57,992 bases of DNA from Girardia tigrina (taxonomy: Eukaryota): assembly GCA_001938485.1 (NCBI GenBank), contig MQRK01236553.1, positions 10,903 through 68,894 on the forward strand. Direction: 5' to 3'. Both the position numbers and the translations under genes were made by a program. Numbering within the stretch: the stretch's first letter is position 1; every line of letters starts with the position of its first letter. Shown here in pieces: positions 10,796-25,700 of the stretch. The notes below the pieces were generated by a model. It was not told the DNA's origin. It searched no databases and was given only the letters and a program-made list of their open reading frames with translations.

Positions 10796-13700
10796 GTAAA
10801 ATATTTTTGCACATTAAGAATAATAATTTTTATACAAGTTTTTTTATTTTTTTTTAAAAATGAAATTATTTTTTTAATTGGGATTTTATTTACTAAATTA
10901 ATATTTTTGTTGTTAATATGTATAAGTCGTGCGTCTGATATTTTAGATCACAATTTGACTCTAGAGAAAACAAAAATAACACAGGAAAATCGTTATTTAT
11001 ACGTAATTTTGGTAAAGTTTGGTTTAGAAAATGATTATTGTACATGTTTCGATATTGCTTACATCCATCACCAATAATTATAATTTTCTACGAGCTATTT
11101 TCGAATTTTGATTTAAATATTAATTAAGACAAATATTAAAATTATTAATGAATGTAGTTTATTTAGATATAATTAGATTTATATTTCTTTATTTAGAGAA
11201 ATAAAAATTCGCCATTACTATTTTAAAATATCTCTTAAGGTATAATCATATTTTAAAATTTTAGTTTTTAACATTTTCCTATAATTAATATTCAAATTTT
11301 CATCAAAAAATTACGTAACAAATTGAAATTGTTGATAATGATCGAAACTTGTGGATCAATCAATTTTTTTAAAAAAGCTTTAACTAAATTACATTTTAAA
11401 ATATCACTTTAGCGTTCACAAGACTCTTTTTCTATATATGTTTACGTGAAAAATTATGGAATGATAATTCTGACCCTGAATGAAATAATGAACAAACAGG
11501 CAATGAGAGAACTTTCTAAATTTTGTACCACAAATGTACAATTTCTTTTTAACGATGAAAGATGCAGTCGCAATTGGTTTCCAATTACCACAAACGTTGA
11601 TGTAGTGACCAAAAATCATATTAATATTTATAAATATATTTATATATCAAAATCAAATATTATTATTTATTCAAAAAAACAGTTAAAAAACTAATTTGTG
11701 ATAAACAATTTCTTTTGATGATTTTCTTGTGTTTAAATAAATGTTACGAATTCGAAAAATTTAACTTTGTCTTAAATTAAAAAAATGTCTCTTCAAAATC
11801 GATGTCGTCAGTTTGAGCACGCTTCTTCCATCATCATTCAAGACTAATCGTAATAATAATAACAATCATAAGAATCGAAAATCAATGATCATGTCGCTCG
11901 GATCGGAAGTCATCGTCGATTACGACCACTCGATCGATCCCTATTGAATCTATGCGCTCAAACCGTTGGGATATATCGACTGTTAGGACCACTTATCTTC
12001 GTGCGACGACTGCCTTGACTTACTCGATCCAAATCCATCAATCGGCACCCAAATCGATCATCGTTTTAGTCGTATCAGCGCCATCAAACCCGATCGACAG
12101 AGATACGGGTACATATCAGTTGGCAAAATATTTTTAAAGTCTCTTAAGGATATAATCGATATATAGCTGCTGGGAAAACATGAAATTTATGAAGGATATG
12201 TAAATGACATTTTGCGGATTTTAAGATATCGACACCTTATAGAACTATTTTTTAAATTTATGAAATGTCTTCATTCTAGCATTAAATTTATTACAAAATT
12301 GGAAGTAAATAACAAACTTCCTTTTTTAACATTCTTGTCAATAAGATAAATCGGAATTATCAAGCTGAATTATACAGAAAGACAACATATACATGTCTCT
12401 GCACAACACCGCAATGTTTTTGTAAGGAAAATAAATAGGTAAGCTAAAGGACTTAGTCCAGAGTTTTGAATTTGTCTCCCACTTTTGAAATAGCAGATCA
12501 TGGTTTAAATAGATGTCGTTTGAGGGACAACATATGTACAAACAAGCAGATGGATCATATCATTAGGGTACAATAGACAAACTATGTACACATATACGGG
12601 TTAAAAAAGGATTAAAAGAAGAATACTTTAAAGAGCGAAATCAAATAATCAAAATACCATATTCTGGAAGATTTAAAGAATATAGGTTGTGCCAAAGTGA
12701 TTTCAAGGCCATCCAAAGTTCAAAGCTTCCTTTAAAATAAATGGAAAACGATTTGCGGATTCTTGGCTAATTTGGTTTATAAATTTAAATGTCACGGACA
12801 TAAAAACTCATACATTATAGAGACAAATCTTCATCTGAAAACCTGGATTAGTGATGATTCACAACCGAGTCGATCATTGGTTGCAATGTAATAATAGAAC
12901 CACTTCTGTTTCAAAGGATTTTCTGTTTAACCGAAGTTTTCTTTTCTACTCACAATGCGAGCGGTAGTTCGTGAATCGTTATTGATTATTAAAGACACTA
13001 CAATCCATTAATAAATATTCAAAATGATCAAAGTAATGTTATTTCAATTCTTAAAACCTTTTTGCCATTAATATCCGATAGTATCTGGGAAAGAAAAAAA
13101 CATTCATTAAAAGTCTTCCATTAAAACGAATGCAGTGGCCATTAGCATTTCAAATTAAGTCATATATCTTTATAGTATGTATACATATATACAAAAAATT
13201 CCATTGTAATATTTATAAAGAAAGATTAATGTACAAATTGTTTTAATCATTCAAATAAAACAACAATTCAAATTCGTCAGTGTTATTTTTTCTAAATTAT
13301 TTTTCATATTTTTTCATATATAGAATATTGAGTCTTGTAAACGTAAATTGCGTATTTATGAAAAATAATTGACTTAAAGCTTATTTAGGGAAATGATTAT
13401 TGTATATGTTTCATTGTTTCATAAATCATTATCAGCAATTATAATTTTATTATTAATTAAGGTAGACGGTAAAATGATAAATTTAGAAAAATTACTTTAT
13501 TTCAAGAAAAATATTATCGGATAGTAATGGAAAATTTATATTTCTTTAATCGAGGTTATTAATGACTTGAGATGGCTCTACTTTACAAATTTTGAATTTT
13601 AAAGAATGGGTTTTAGTGCCTAATCAATAATGATTCATAAAACTGCCGCTTGTAATGTGAAACGAAGCCATTTTGAAAAACAGAAAACTCATTCTTTGGA

Positions 13701-16700
13701 ACAGAAGATATTCTATTTGTACAATGCAACCAATGATCACCGACACAAAGGATCTGGTAATATTTTTAAAGGTTGCGATTTCAGAATCTTTACGGTTAGT
13801 GGTTAAGGCAATGTGAATTCCATTCTTTCTAATCTCCTGTGTTAGAATTTAGAAAGAAAATTATATTCAAGCTTCGCATTCAACTTCTTTGTTGAGCATT
13901 TTTGAATGAAACCCAATGACATAATTTATTATATATTCATCATTTCCTTTTATAAGCTATAGAATTAATGTGAATTTCAGTCTGAAGACAAAGGAAAATC
14001 TGCCGAAATTAATAACTAAACAAGTATAAAAGTTGCACCCAGTCTTTTATTTTAAAATGTATATTAGTCACAGTTTTGATAACTTATGACCCCTAAATAT
14101 TGTGTTCTAAAATAGCTGACGCACCATGTATATATCTAGACTGCTGTAATTGATTTTGTGCTTTTTTAAATATTTAAATAAAAACAATATATTTCTTTAT
14201 TTAGGATAAGCCTAATTCAATAATTACATTTAATGATACTAATAACAATTTATTGGACAAATTACAAAAATTCGTTGGTGATACATGTAAACTTCAGTCG
14301 ATTAATATCATTAATCACAAGTAACTCCATTAGAAATAAAAAATATACTTTTAATACATCAAAAATTAGACGAATATTTGAGAAATTTCTGCTGGAAAAT
14401 GACGATTTGAAAAAATCTCAATTCTCATTTAATAATAATATTTATAATTTCATTGAAAAATTGTACGAAATTCTTAATATTCAAGAGACATTTAATGAAA
14501 TGTTGTTGAAAGAGGCTGTTGAAATCGTCAAAGATAAAACATTGGCTTTGAAAAAAGACACAAAAAACTGGAAAAATCACAAGTTTGTTTTTTTTTCTTA
14601 TCGTTACAAAAAAGAAATTCTTTCGTTTTAGTCAGGTTAAAAATAACAATATATTTTGCCTGAATGACATCCACTCGATTTCTGTTATTTAAATAAATCT
14701 TACCATATAAAAAGCCCGTATTTCACGAAACATAAGATGCACCGGACTTTAAGACCTGTTTTAAATTTATTTTTACTGTGCGCGAATCAAGAGATGTGAT
14801 GTAGAAAATCGAAGAGTCACGAAACAGATAAGTTTATAAGGAAATATAATTTGGTAAAATATTATTTTGATAGTTCTGATTCGAAAATAATGTTTCTAAA
14901 CCCTATTTAACCTCTAGACACTGAGCTTAGATTAACATTTTTAGAGGGTCTCGGTTCGAATAATTATAAAAAAAGTTCCAATATTTAAATAAATAATTAT
15001 TATATGACTCTTTTCTACTTATTTTCTATTTATATTTTAATATTTTGGACGTGATGTAAGTGCTGTATGCATGACTACAGTTTATGGAAGGAAAAAATGA
15101 TTCCTAACCGGTTTGATTGAAGCTGTCCTGTACAAGATGTCTAAATCCATCTTAGATACTCTCAGAATCAAACTTGTTTAAACATTAGGTGGATCTTTAA
15201 CTTTAATTCTTACAAGATTATTCGATCCATGTGCTTGTCTATAAAAATGTTTGATCAATTCAAGGTTACTTATATTTCCTTTCTAAAATTTCAAGATTGT
15301 ACAATAATAATTCACGAATAAAATAGTTATAATTAAACATTTATTGAAGATCCAAATTTTGGTGTAGTCTTCGACTATGTTATGCTGATAATGAAAACGG
15401 AAGAATTTCTAATAAAATGAGAATTTAAATAAAAATATTCCTTTTTCTCCAGGCGAAAAATTTACGAGGAATTTACGAAAGAAAGTCAAAAACGCGACAC
15501 CGAATTTAAGCGGTATTGTAGTCGATATAATCTAAAAGAAACGGCCCATATTGCATATTTGAAAGCCGAAGAAAATAAATCCCTATCAAGAAATCAAGTC
15601 GATAATGTAAACTTCAGAAAACTAATCCTTATTCCATATTTAAGTATCATTGTCTTCGTTCAGTTTCACAAATTGTATTTGACCCGCCAATCCGAATACG
15701 ATCAATCAAAAGCCGATTATATAACAGTGTTGGATAATTTCAATAAATTCCAGTCGAATCATTATTCGGTCAGTTTGCTTGAATGGAGCCTCAAGGCAGA
15801 AGAAATCGAGAACACTCGCTACGGAATCTTGAAGTCAACTTTCACCAATTTTCTCGAACTTTGTCGGTCTGTAGCAAGCAAATTTAACGAAATCGCCGAT
15901 AAAATCGAACAAGAATGTGATTCTATTGATTGTGTAAAGGTAGAAATTGATTTAATTTAAATTATTGATTAATTATATAATTATTGCTATTTATTATTAT
16001 CAGATATCGAATGAGAGACAGCGTCTATGACGTCAGAGATGAGCAATAAGTTCTCTTTCTCTCTCTTTATTTTGAATTATTATATTATTTATTTTGTTAT
16101 GATTATTTGTAATAATAATTATTTTTATTAATTTTAATTATCATTATTCTTATATTAAATACTATTAATAGTTTATTATTATTTAGAATAATAATAGTTA
16201 CTATTTTTATTATTACTGTTCGAGTTTTAGTTTATTATTCATAATTAAGTAATAATAAAATCAGTAAATAATTGGTAAAATTCTAATTAATAATTGGATC
16301 AAGATGCCTTTAACGGTCCCTAATTATCAATAGCACATTCAATAAGTACAAACTTTTATTTATTAATAGATAAATGATAAAATAATTTGAGTGTTGCTTC
16401 CTTATTCTTGACCCTGATAAGTAGCACTGAACTGTAAATAAATTTAAAATATTAAAATAAATATGGATAATTACAAAAAACTAATAAAATATACATTAAA
16501 ATGTGTATACATAAAACATATACGATATATTTTAATTCAGCAATTATCATTTAGACCAGTGGTTCTCAACCTTTTTTTTCATGTAGCGCCCCCTTTTTAT
16601 TAATTTCGAAACGTAATCTTGGCTGTGCCCTCCCCATTCTCCCAAAGAAAATTCAAACGAATCTTTCAAATTGGAATACAAAATGAGAAGAAAAAGAAAA

Positions 16701-19700
16701 AAACATTTATGAATCAATAAAAACAATTCAAATTCAACATAAAAACTGACACAAAAGAAGAAGGAAAAAAAGCGATTGTATAAGCCCAAAATTTAACGAG
16801 GTTATCACATTTTAAATAACTTTGTTAATTAAAAGTAAAACTATTTGTCAAAAAATATTTTCAAAGTTTTTTATAAACAATTGTTTTAGTGGAAAAATAT
16901 TGTTCAACAAAAATACCTGCAAAAATAAAAGAAGAAATGATTTAAATTCACAATTTTTCAATATAAACGTTTAACATGTAAACAAAGTGATATTTAAATC
17001 ATATGATATAGGAAATAAATCATTGGTCATTAAATCCAAACTTTTCATCCCATCGCCCCCTGGAAGGCGATATCGCCCACATTGAGAACCACTGATTTAG
17101 ACGATACTCGTTCTTGTGAGATTGTATGGGATACACAGGAATAAAGAATATACTCAATAGAAAAATTGAAAATAAAATTTACCAATATAGAAAAATAATA
17201 TTATTAATAAAAAAAATTTTTATAAAAACAACCACGTTTTTCAAGCATTACCAATGCACAAAAAGAGGAAAATAATTTTTTTTCTAGACATGTGAGAAAT
17301 TTTATACCTAACCAAAAACGTGGGGCGGATTTCTAAATTACTGCTATTAGTAACTGCTATTTTCTCTTTACTGCTTTTTAGTAACAATCGATCATNNNNN
17401 NNNNNNNNNNNNNNNNNNNNNNNNNNNNNNNNNNNNNNNNNNNNNNNNNNNNNNNNNNNNNNNNNNNNNNNNNNNNNNNNNNNNNNNNNNNNNNNNNNNN
17501 NNNNNNNNNNNNNNNNNNNNNNNNNNNNNNNNNNNNNNNNNNNNNNNNNNNNNNNNNNNNNAATTATCACTTGATTTTCACAATATTTGTTCAATTTATT
17601 AATTTTTTCCGTACATCCGTAAAGTAAATGTTTTAAAATATTGTATTATCATCGGAAGCAAGCCTGTATAAAAAAATTCAACTCAATTGGATGACTGAAA
17701 GTGGTCGAAAAATCAATCGTAAGATTTGTTCCAGACAGACAGACAAGAAACAAAGCTAAGAAAAACGTGGTAAAAACGATAAAATTCACAAAATTATAAT
17801 CATTAAAATTATAAAAATGATTTCAAAAAAATCCTAATTTAAATCCAAATTTTCAAATCTTAAAATAATCAAAATCAAAATAGAAAATCTCCAATCTATA
17901 TCAAAAATCGTTAATGAAAATAAAAAAAATTCAAATCAAAATGAAAAAATCCTAATTTAAAATGAAAACCCTATAATTACTAGCGATTTTCGTTAAGTTT
18001 TTCTCTTCATGCTGTACAATACTTGGTCTTTCAGTGCTTTGAATTTTAGAATTTTTAACTTCCAGAAATGGCTAAAAGTCGATTCGATAGTTAATGATAT
18101 TTGCAAGATGCTATACGGTTTAAATTACAGAAAGAATCCATATCGCTCAGAAACCGTATATATGTAAGATCAGTTATGTAACGAGAGTAAAGATGTATGT
18201 ATGAAAAGATCAGTTAAACGGATAAGAGATGATATAACTGTAGACAAGTTTCGACATTTTCTTGATGTGTACCGGAACAAGAGATTGATATTTATAGACC
18301 AAATGAACGAATTAATCCTATTATTTATTATTGCGACGTCAAATATGTATATGTATATTTACAAATATGAAATCAAATTGATGCAATATCGTGTTGTGAT
18401 GCATGGAGAGAGATTGAGAGAGAGACTTCATTGTAATAGTTGCGAGTGTACATATTTGACATTCATTCTGTCTCGTTTCGGTCAAATCTGTTGATAATAT
18501 AAAGTGAATGCAATCAGAAATGCATTCTTATCCACATTCTCGAAATCCGTTTTCAAACTCGTGCGCATCTATCAACACAATACGATCCATTATTATTCTC
18601 TGTAGTGGAATTCAAAATAATTCTTCTCTATTTCCATTAATATTATTACATCATTCAAGTTAAGTAATTCGAGGTTATTTACTCCTATAAATTAAAATTT
18701 AAAGATATTTGAGAATGAAGAACAAACGACCATAATTATCATTGACAGTGGGCTAGAGAAGGATTCATAATACGTTTAAACTTATTTTTCTGATTAAGTT
18801 TTTTATATTTTACGCTTTTCCCCATAAAAAATCGAATCGATCGAATCGTTTTACTTCGCAAAATATTTGACTAAAAATCTGATTTTACGAGACTGAAAAT
18901 TTATTTTCGTTCATTTATTGATGTTTACATAGCAAAATCACAAGAAATTATGTACCCTTGCATTTTAATAATTTTCTTTTACAAATTATGTCAATTTACA
19001 AAACAAATTTTCACATGAAATTTTCGTAATATATCTTTATTATTTATAAATATCCTTTTGAAATGTTAAATTTATAGCATCATGTATATCAATAGTAAAT
19101 ATGTCCGTACATACGCGATAAAAATATTGAATATCTTACTTTACAGTAATCTTACTTTACCAGTAATCTATGAAAATAATTACCCAGATCTGTGTATTTA
19201 CTTGGATAATAAATACAATTCTGTGTGCAAAGTCATTTTTACTTAATTATTTATTGATATTTAATTCAATTTAAATTTAATTTTAAGTTTTAAATTATTT
19301 AAATCTCGATCAGCCGAATGAAAATCAACTTACTCCTTATAGAAATCATTAAATTATCTTAGAAAACAAAATTCCTTTTTCGATTTTTAAACGGAAAATA
19401 ACTTTAATTAAAATACCGCATCCGCCCTATTCACCGAACTTGGCTCCAACAGATTTTCATATATTTTGGTCTCTCCAACATTATCTCGCTGGACAACATT
19501 TCAAGAAATGCATAGATGACTTAATTGATTCGAAAGATGACTTTTTTCACTAAAGGCATCTATTTGTTGCCACAAGATGGCAAAAGACCATAGATGCTAA
19601 TGGTGAATACTTTGAAGATTAATCGTACGTCACTTTGCTTTAAAAAATAAATACTTTCAACTAAAAATAGTCGGAAATTTATGCATCACCATAATATATT

Positions 19701-22700
19701 CGAATAAAATTGTTTAACAAGTCAGTCATTGAAATATAATTTTAATATGCTGTATTATATGTGACACCTAAGGAACTCGATAATGTCCCGATTTGCATAT
19801 AAAATATATAAAAATATCATCACGCACTGGAGTCTAATAGCAAAGTCCTGATATCCTCGTTTCTTTGGTTCAGCGGTAATCTGTTCAATTATTCCAAAAT
19901 ATAATTTTCTTGAAATATTTCACAATATCTGTCATGTATTTCCCTCGGATAATTCATTGAATTATGTTTTAAAAATTATACTATTAAATATCATCATGAT
20001 TTCTGCTACGAAATTCACTTTAATATTTTTTTTAATGTTTTTTTCTCTGTGATGTGCTTTTTGGTTGCCATTCTTATTGTTATTGAAACATTGCTTTTAT
20101 ATATTAATGATATATTATTATCAATTATTAAATTTGTTGAAGTATCCTTTACATCTCTTGATAATAAGACTTATTATTTGTTTTTCTCTAAATCGAAAAC
20201 CCGAATAATTATTTTAAGATAAATTAGTAAACTGAGTGAGTACAAAAATTAAAATAATAACTTTCCACATTAACACAAACAATTACAATCACGAGTTTTA
20301 CACATCCAAAAAGCGTAACCAAATTGTTCAAAATTTATTAAAGACTACTCAAGTGACTAAATATTTCGACTTAGCTTTCTAGACTATACAAATACACTTA
20401 CTTACAGTTGGGATTATGAAATCATTCAAGCAATTATTCATTATGTTCTGACTCAGCCGGGTATAGATTTGCTTCGAATTTGTACGATTAATAATTTTCT
20501 AAGAAACTGATTTCGAAGTTAGGAATATCTATTGATGGCTACTTTACCACATCAGAAAAGTTTTGGAGATGAGTCGTTCTAATAGTAAAAAAAACTCAAT
20601 AGGAATGTATAACATATATCATTGGAGCCAGTTTATGAATAGTGTTATGTTTTTTTTATTGATTTGTGATAATATTTTATGGTTTAGGTATGAGTCGGCA
20701 AAGGGATCACTAAAGACCCCCAGGGGTGTCTGATAAAAAAATTAATACTGAAAAATTTCATAGAAAATATAAATAATATATTTTGCAATTTTAAATGAAA
20801 CAGCAATTTTAATAATTTTTTAATTGAATATAAAGCAGCTATCGATATTAAATTTGTTTTTTTCAAGAAATATTTTAAATTTAAAAAATATATTATTATT
20901 AATATTTTATATGAACTTTTCCAATTTTGAATGTCTATGTTTTCGTAAAGTTTTTTATCAATTATTTTGAATTTGTTTATTTCGTGAAAATTATTTTATT
21001 TATATTGAAAAATCAATGCAATATACATAAAATAATTTAAATGAAATGAACAAATTCAAAATAATTTATAAAAAAATTAACAACAGACATTTGAAATTAG
21101 AAAAGTTCATAAAAAATAAAAATGTATTTTTGAAATTTAAACTATATATAACCAACAAAATAAATCAATTTTTAATTTTTTAAATTTTATAAAAAAAATA
21201 AAAAAATATTCCGATTAAGCTTGAATATTATCATTATTTCATAAATAAAAATACTGGAATGGATTTGATGAAGAAAAGCTTCAAACAAATACCTGAAGAT
21301 GTATGTCTGAAAAATATTCGATGTTTTTTGTTTGAATGTTGTATGTTGATTTGGAATTGTCTCCCACCCAGATGACTGATTAATATTTTAATTCTTTTTA
21401 TCTGAAACTAATTTGATAGAAATTTACACATAATATTTAAATCATATTTTAATTTATTATGACTATAAAATTTTAAATAATTTGATAAATTTTATATTAA
21501 ATTTTTAAATAAATAAAGCAAAATAATATTTTAAAATAATTTTTACTTTAATTTTTAGCTATAAAATTAGTAGTAAATGTTTTTAGAGTTTTTTTCATGT
21601 TCCAATTAGTTAAGATAATCAGGTAAAAATAAATTTGTGATAATAATAGGTATTGAAAATAATATTAGTGTTCTTAATAGTTAGTTCTTAATCTTATACT
21701 TGATTATCTTCAATAATAATGTTGAAAATATTTTTCATTTTAAATATTAAAAATTTGTTCACAGTTCTAATTCCATTAAATATTTTTGCATATAATTAAA
21801 AAAATTTTTAGTAAAACAAACGTGTTATGAAATTCTAATTTTCAGATTTCTTGATTATAATTTTCTTTTTTATCCACATTAAAACAATTTTTCTTAGAAA
21901 TAATCTTCAAAATATATTGGTAAGTGTTTTGATTAGACTATAAATAATAATTAATGATATTGCTGAATAACCGTGAATGAATAACAAATCTTATCAATCT
22001 TATTCATTCTGAAAGGTGGATATAACGTATCTCATTGAACGTCAATTCACAAAAACTGTGGTCTTGCAAAAATAAATTTTACATTTTAAAATATTTATTT
22101 TTTTTTAAAATTTGGCATTTATAGAATAATTATCATTAAGTTATCATGATAAAACTCCATTAATATACCTTTCTGTCTGGTTTTGTGCTTATTAATATTA
22201 ATCATAGTTAAAATTAATACTATAAATATTATATGTAAATTCACTTATTCACTTTGGAAAAATAATATTGAATATTATTAATAAAAAAATTTTTTTATAA
22301 AAACAACCACGTTTTTCAAGCATTACCAATGAACTAAAAAGAGGAAAATAATTTTTTTCTAGACATGTGAGAAATTTTATACCTAACCAAAAACGTGGGG
22401 CGGATTTCTGAATTACTGCTATTAGTAACTGCTATTTCCTCTTTACTNNNNNNNNNNNNNNNNNNNNNNNNNNNNNNNNNNNNNNNNNNNNNNNNNNTTT
22501 TAGTTATCATTTAGGAATTTTTTTTTCAAAATTTTTTTTATCAAATTGTATTGTCATCGGAAGCAAGCCTGTATAAAAAATTCAGCTCAATTGGATGACT
22601 GAAAGTGGTCGAAAAATCAATCGCAAGATTTGTTCCAGACAGACAAACAGACAGACAAGAAAGCAAGCTAATAAAAACGTGGTAAAAATTAAAAAATAGA

Positions 22701-25700
22701 TTAACAATACATTGAAATTTAACAATAATATGAAATTTATTTAGTTCTATAAATTTGCCAGTTTAAATTTATTTATTATAAAAATTAAAATTAATAAGAG
22801 AAAAAAATAAAATTGAATTTAAAAAGTACTAGCAATTATGATAATGAATAAGGAATAATTTGTGAGCAGGTTTTAAATAACTTGACTTGAATACAATATA
22901 CAAATTATACAATTTACAGGGGTTTTCAGTTGAAAAGTGACACTTTTTCATTAGAAATGCTAAATGTAAGCATAAACGAATGCTATTTGTTAGATTTGTT
23001 CTTCCAGTCATGGGTAAATCTCAATTATTGAAAAAATGGATTTTTATCTTTTTAAGAATTCATAAAAATAAATATGCTATGTAAAGCTATTCGAAATGGT
23101 ATATTTTAATTAAGTAAAATGTTTTAAATTTTTTTCAAGTGTCGCATTTCAACTGAAAAAACCATATTTTTTGCAAATCATAATATCAATATAATGATGT
23201 TGTTAAACGAAATATCTAAAGATTAGTCAACAATAAAATCTCCGTTGTTGTTGATTATTTCCTCCCGTCGTTCAATAAGTTTCTCAATACCTTCAATCTT
23301 GACTGAAAAAATTCGTCCAAGCAAATGCTGTGAATTCCATGTCATTTTTGAATGATACGGCGTGTAATGCATTCGATAGCGATCGAGAGAGATGTAAATC
23401 TGATGGCGCCAAGTTAGGTAAATATAGGGGTTGAGGGAACACTTCGCATTTACGTTCTTGAATCGCTGCTTTTGTTATATTGACAATGTGAGGACTTGCG
23501 TTGTTGTACTGCCGAAGAACACTGTTTTACCGACTTCGTCTTTTTTGCTGAATTGTTTAATCCGGTACCGTTGTTTAGTATAGAACTCCATATTAACTAT
23601 TTGTTGCGTCAAAGCAGTTCATGATGGATTATGCCCTCTCAGTACCATCAAACACACAATAATCTTTCGAGGATGAAGATCATGTTTTGTTCGAAGAATA
23701 GTTGCTTCAAATAGATGTACATGTACCATTTTCCCATCAAAATTCCCACGTTGAAGTTCGAAAACCAATGGCGTGTAGTACTTCCAGGCATTGCTTCTTT
23801 AGAATATACAAACAAATCTCATGAGCAGATTTCGAGGCTTTAACACTTCGATTAAATCCAAAAGGCAGATAGTGTCGAAAATGATTGTCATTTAATGAGC
23901 TAAAATTAAAAGCAAAAATTAAAGAAATATGAAAATTGAACATATCATCTCTTAGAACAAAAACCATATAGCTAATAACATAAATTGTTTTGTGAAAGAG
24001 TTTCATTTATGAGTATATTTTTTAATTTAAAAAGAGTTCATGAAGTATTCCTCAATCTACCCATTACATTATTTGAAAGATTATTTTATTATTTTAAAAT
24101 TTATTTATTTTGATTTACTATTTTTTTATTTATTTTTTTTAATAAATTGATTTATCTTTAAATTATTATTTCTAATAGTTTAATAACGACAATAATAATA
24201 ATAAACTATAATTAAAGTAATATGAGAATAAAATCTGTATTAATATCTGTAGTTTCATTTTTTAATTTTTATTATCAGTTTTTTTAAAAATTAATTTGAT
24301 TTTTTTTAGAATATTTTTCTATTATTTATATTCAATATTGCCTTAAGAAATTTAAGTTGAAATGTTTTAAATTATATTTTGATGCAATATGTCAATTTTA
24401 TGTCATGTATTGAATAATTATGATTTTAACCAAAATACTTACTTTTAATATAATTAATTTACTAAATAACTGAAAATTGTAAAAATTAATTTTAGATTTT
24501 GTTTATGAATAATTCTTCCATGTTATCAATTGAAAATTCAAGATTAAAAATCACGCATTTTTCATTCAAATAATCGCATTTTTATATTGTAAAAATAAAA
24601 TTTTTTCGACATTTTAGGTGTGTGAATCAGCCTTATGCGTAACGATATCCGCGTTTATCGGAGTTATGAAACTGGTTTTGTTACGTCACCGTTTATTAAA
24701 AAGGAAAAATTTTATAATTCTATCACAAATGCTACAGTGAACGTGGGGATTCAGCAGTTCATAAGTAATTGCATGTATTACTAGAGTTAGATAGAGTACC
24801 TTAACTCTTTGATGCTTAATGGGATAAAAAATTACCAACCATATGTTACAATAACTTACACAAATATTTGTAAAATTTTAGGATATTATTCCACTTTACG
24901 ATAAATAAATGTTCTATTTACTTGACTTTAGTCAGCATTCATTTACCGTCCAAAGCAATCTTAATTTGTGAAACAGTCTTTATACCTAAAAATCCAAAGT
25001 CTGAAAATCTTAGTTATCAAATAAAACAATACCTTTATAAGGTTAGTTTCGTGGCATTTGGTAAATGTAATGGGAATTAAGGTACTGTATTTTCTTTAAC
25101 TTATGAGAACTCTTGTTATAAAATCTTAGAATAAAGTTTTAGCACGTATACAGTTTTCCTGTTTTTCAAAATAGAAATACAGGCTCTTTGGACAAATATT
25201 TTAGTATATAAAGTCATGTCACAATCACTATAAAAGAAAGATAAAGTATAATAATAATCCTTGATGAACTTTCTTTTAATAATTAATGTTTAATGGTGTT
25301 TTTCAAGTTAATTAGGATCGGTCGCGAAATCCCAGTTCTTCTCCATATAAATTGCACCATAATTTAAAGATGACCCCAACATATTTCTTGTACTTTAATT
25401 TACTTCTTTTTCGTCATTTTATACACGTTTTTTTGTTTTTTAACGAATTTATTAAGGTATATTTGATATTTAGATTATATATCAGAATAGCTTGTAAAAT
25501 TTAAAATATCAGTCAGTGATATAAGAAATATTTGTTATCTTTCAGGTGCTATATTCTAGAAATGTGTAATTTTAGATTTGTTTTTATAAAAAATAGAAAT
25601 CGTCAATTTCCGCGTGTGCAAACATAAAAATGTCTGTAGAAATCTGTTGGGCATTATTCCTGTAGCGCTGTCACAATAATGATTCATTCCCATAATTTCT

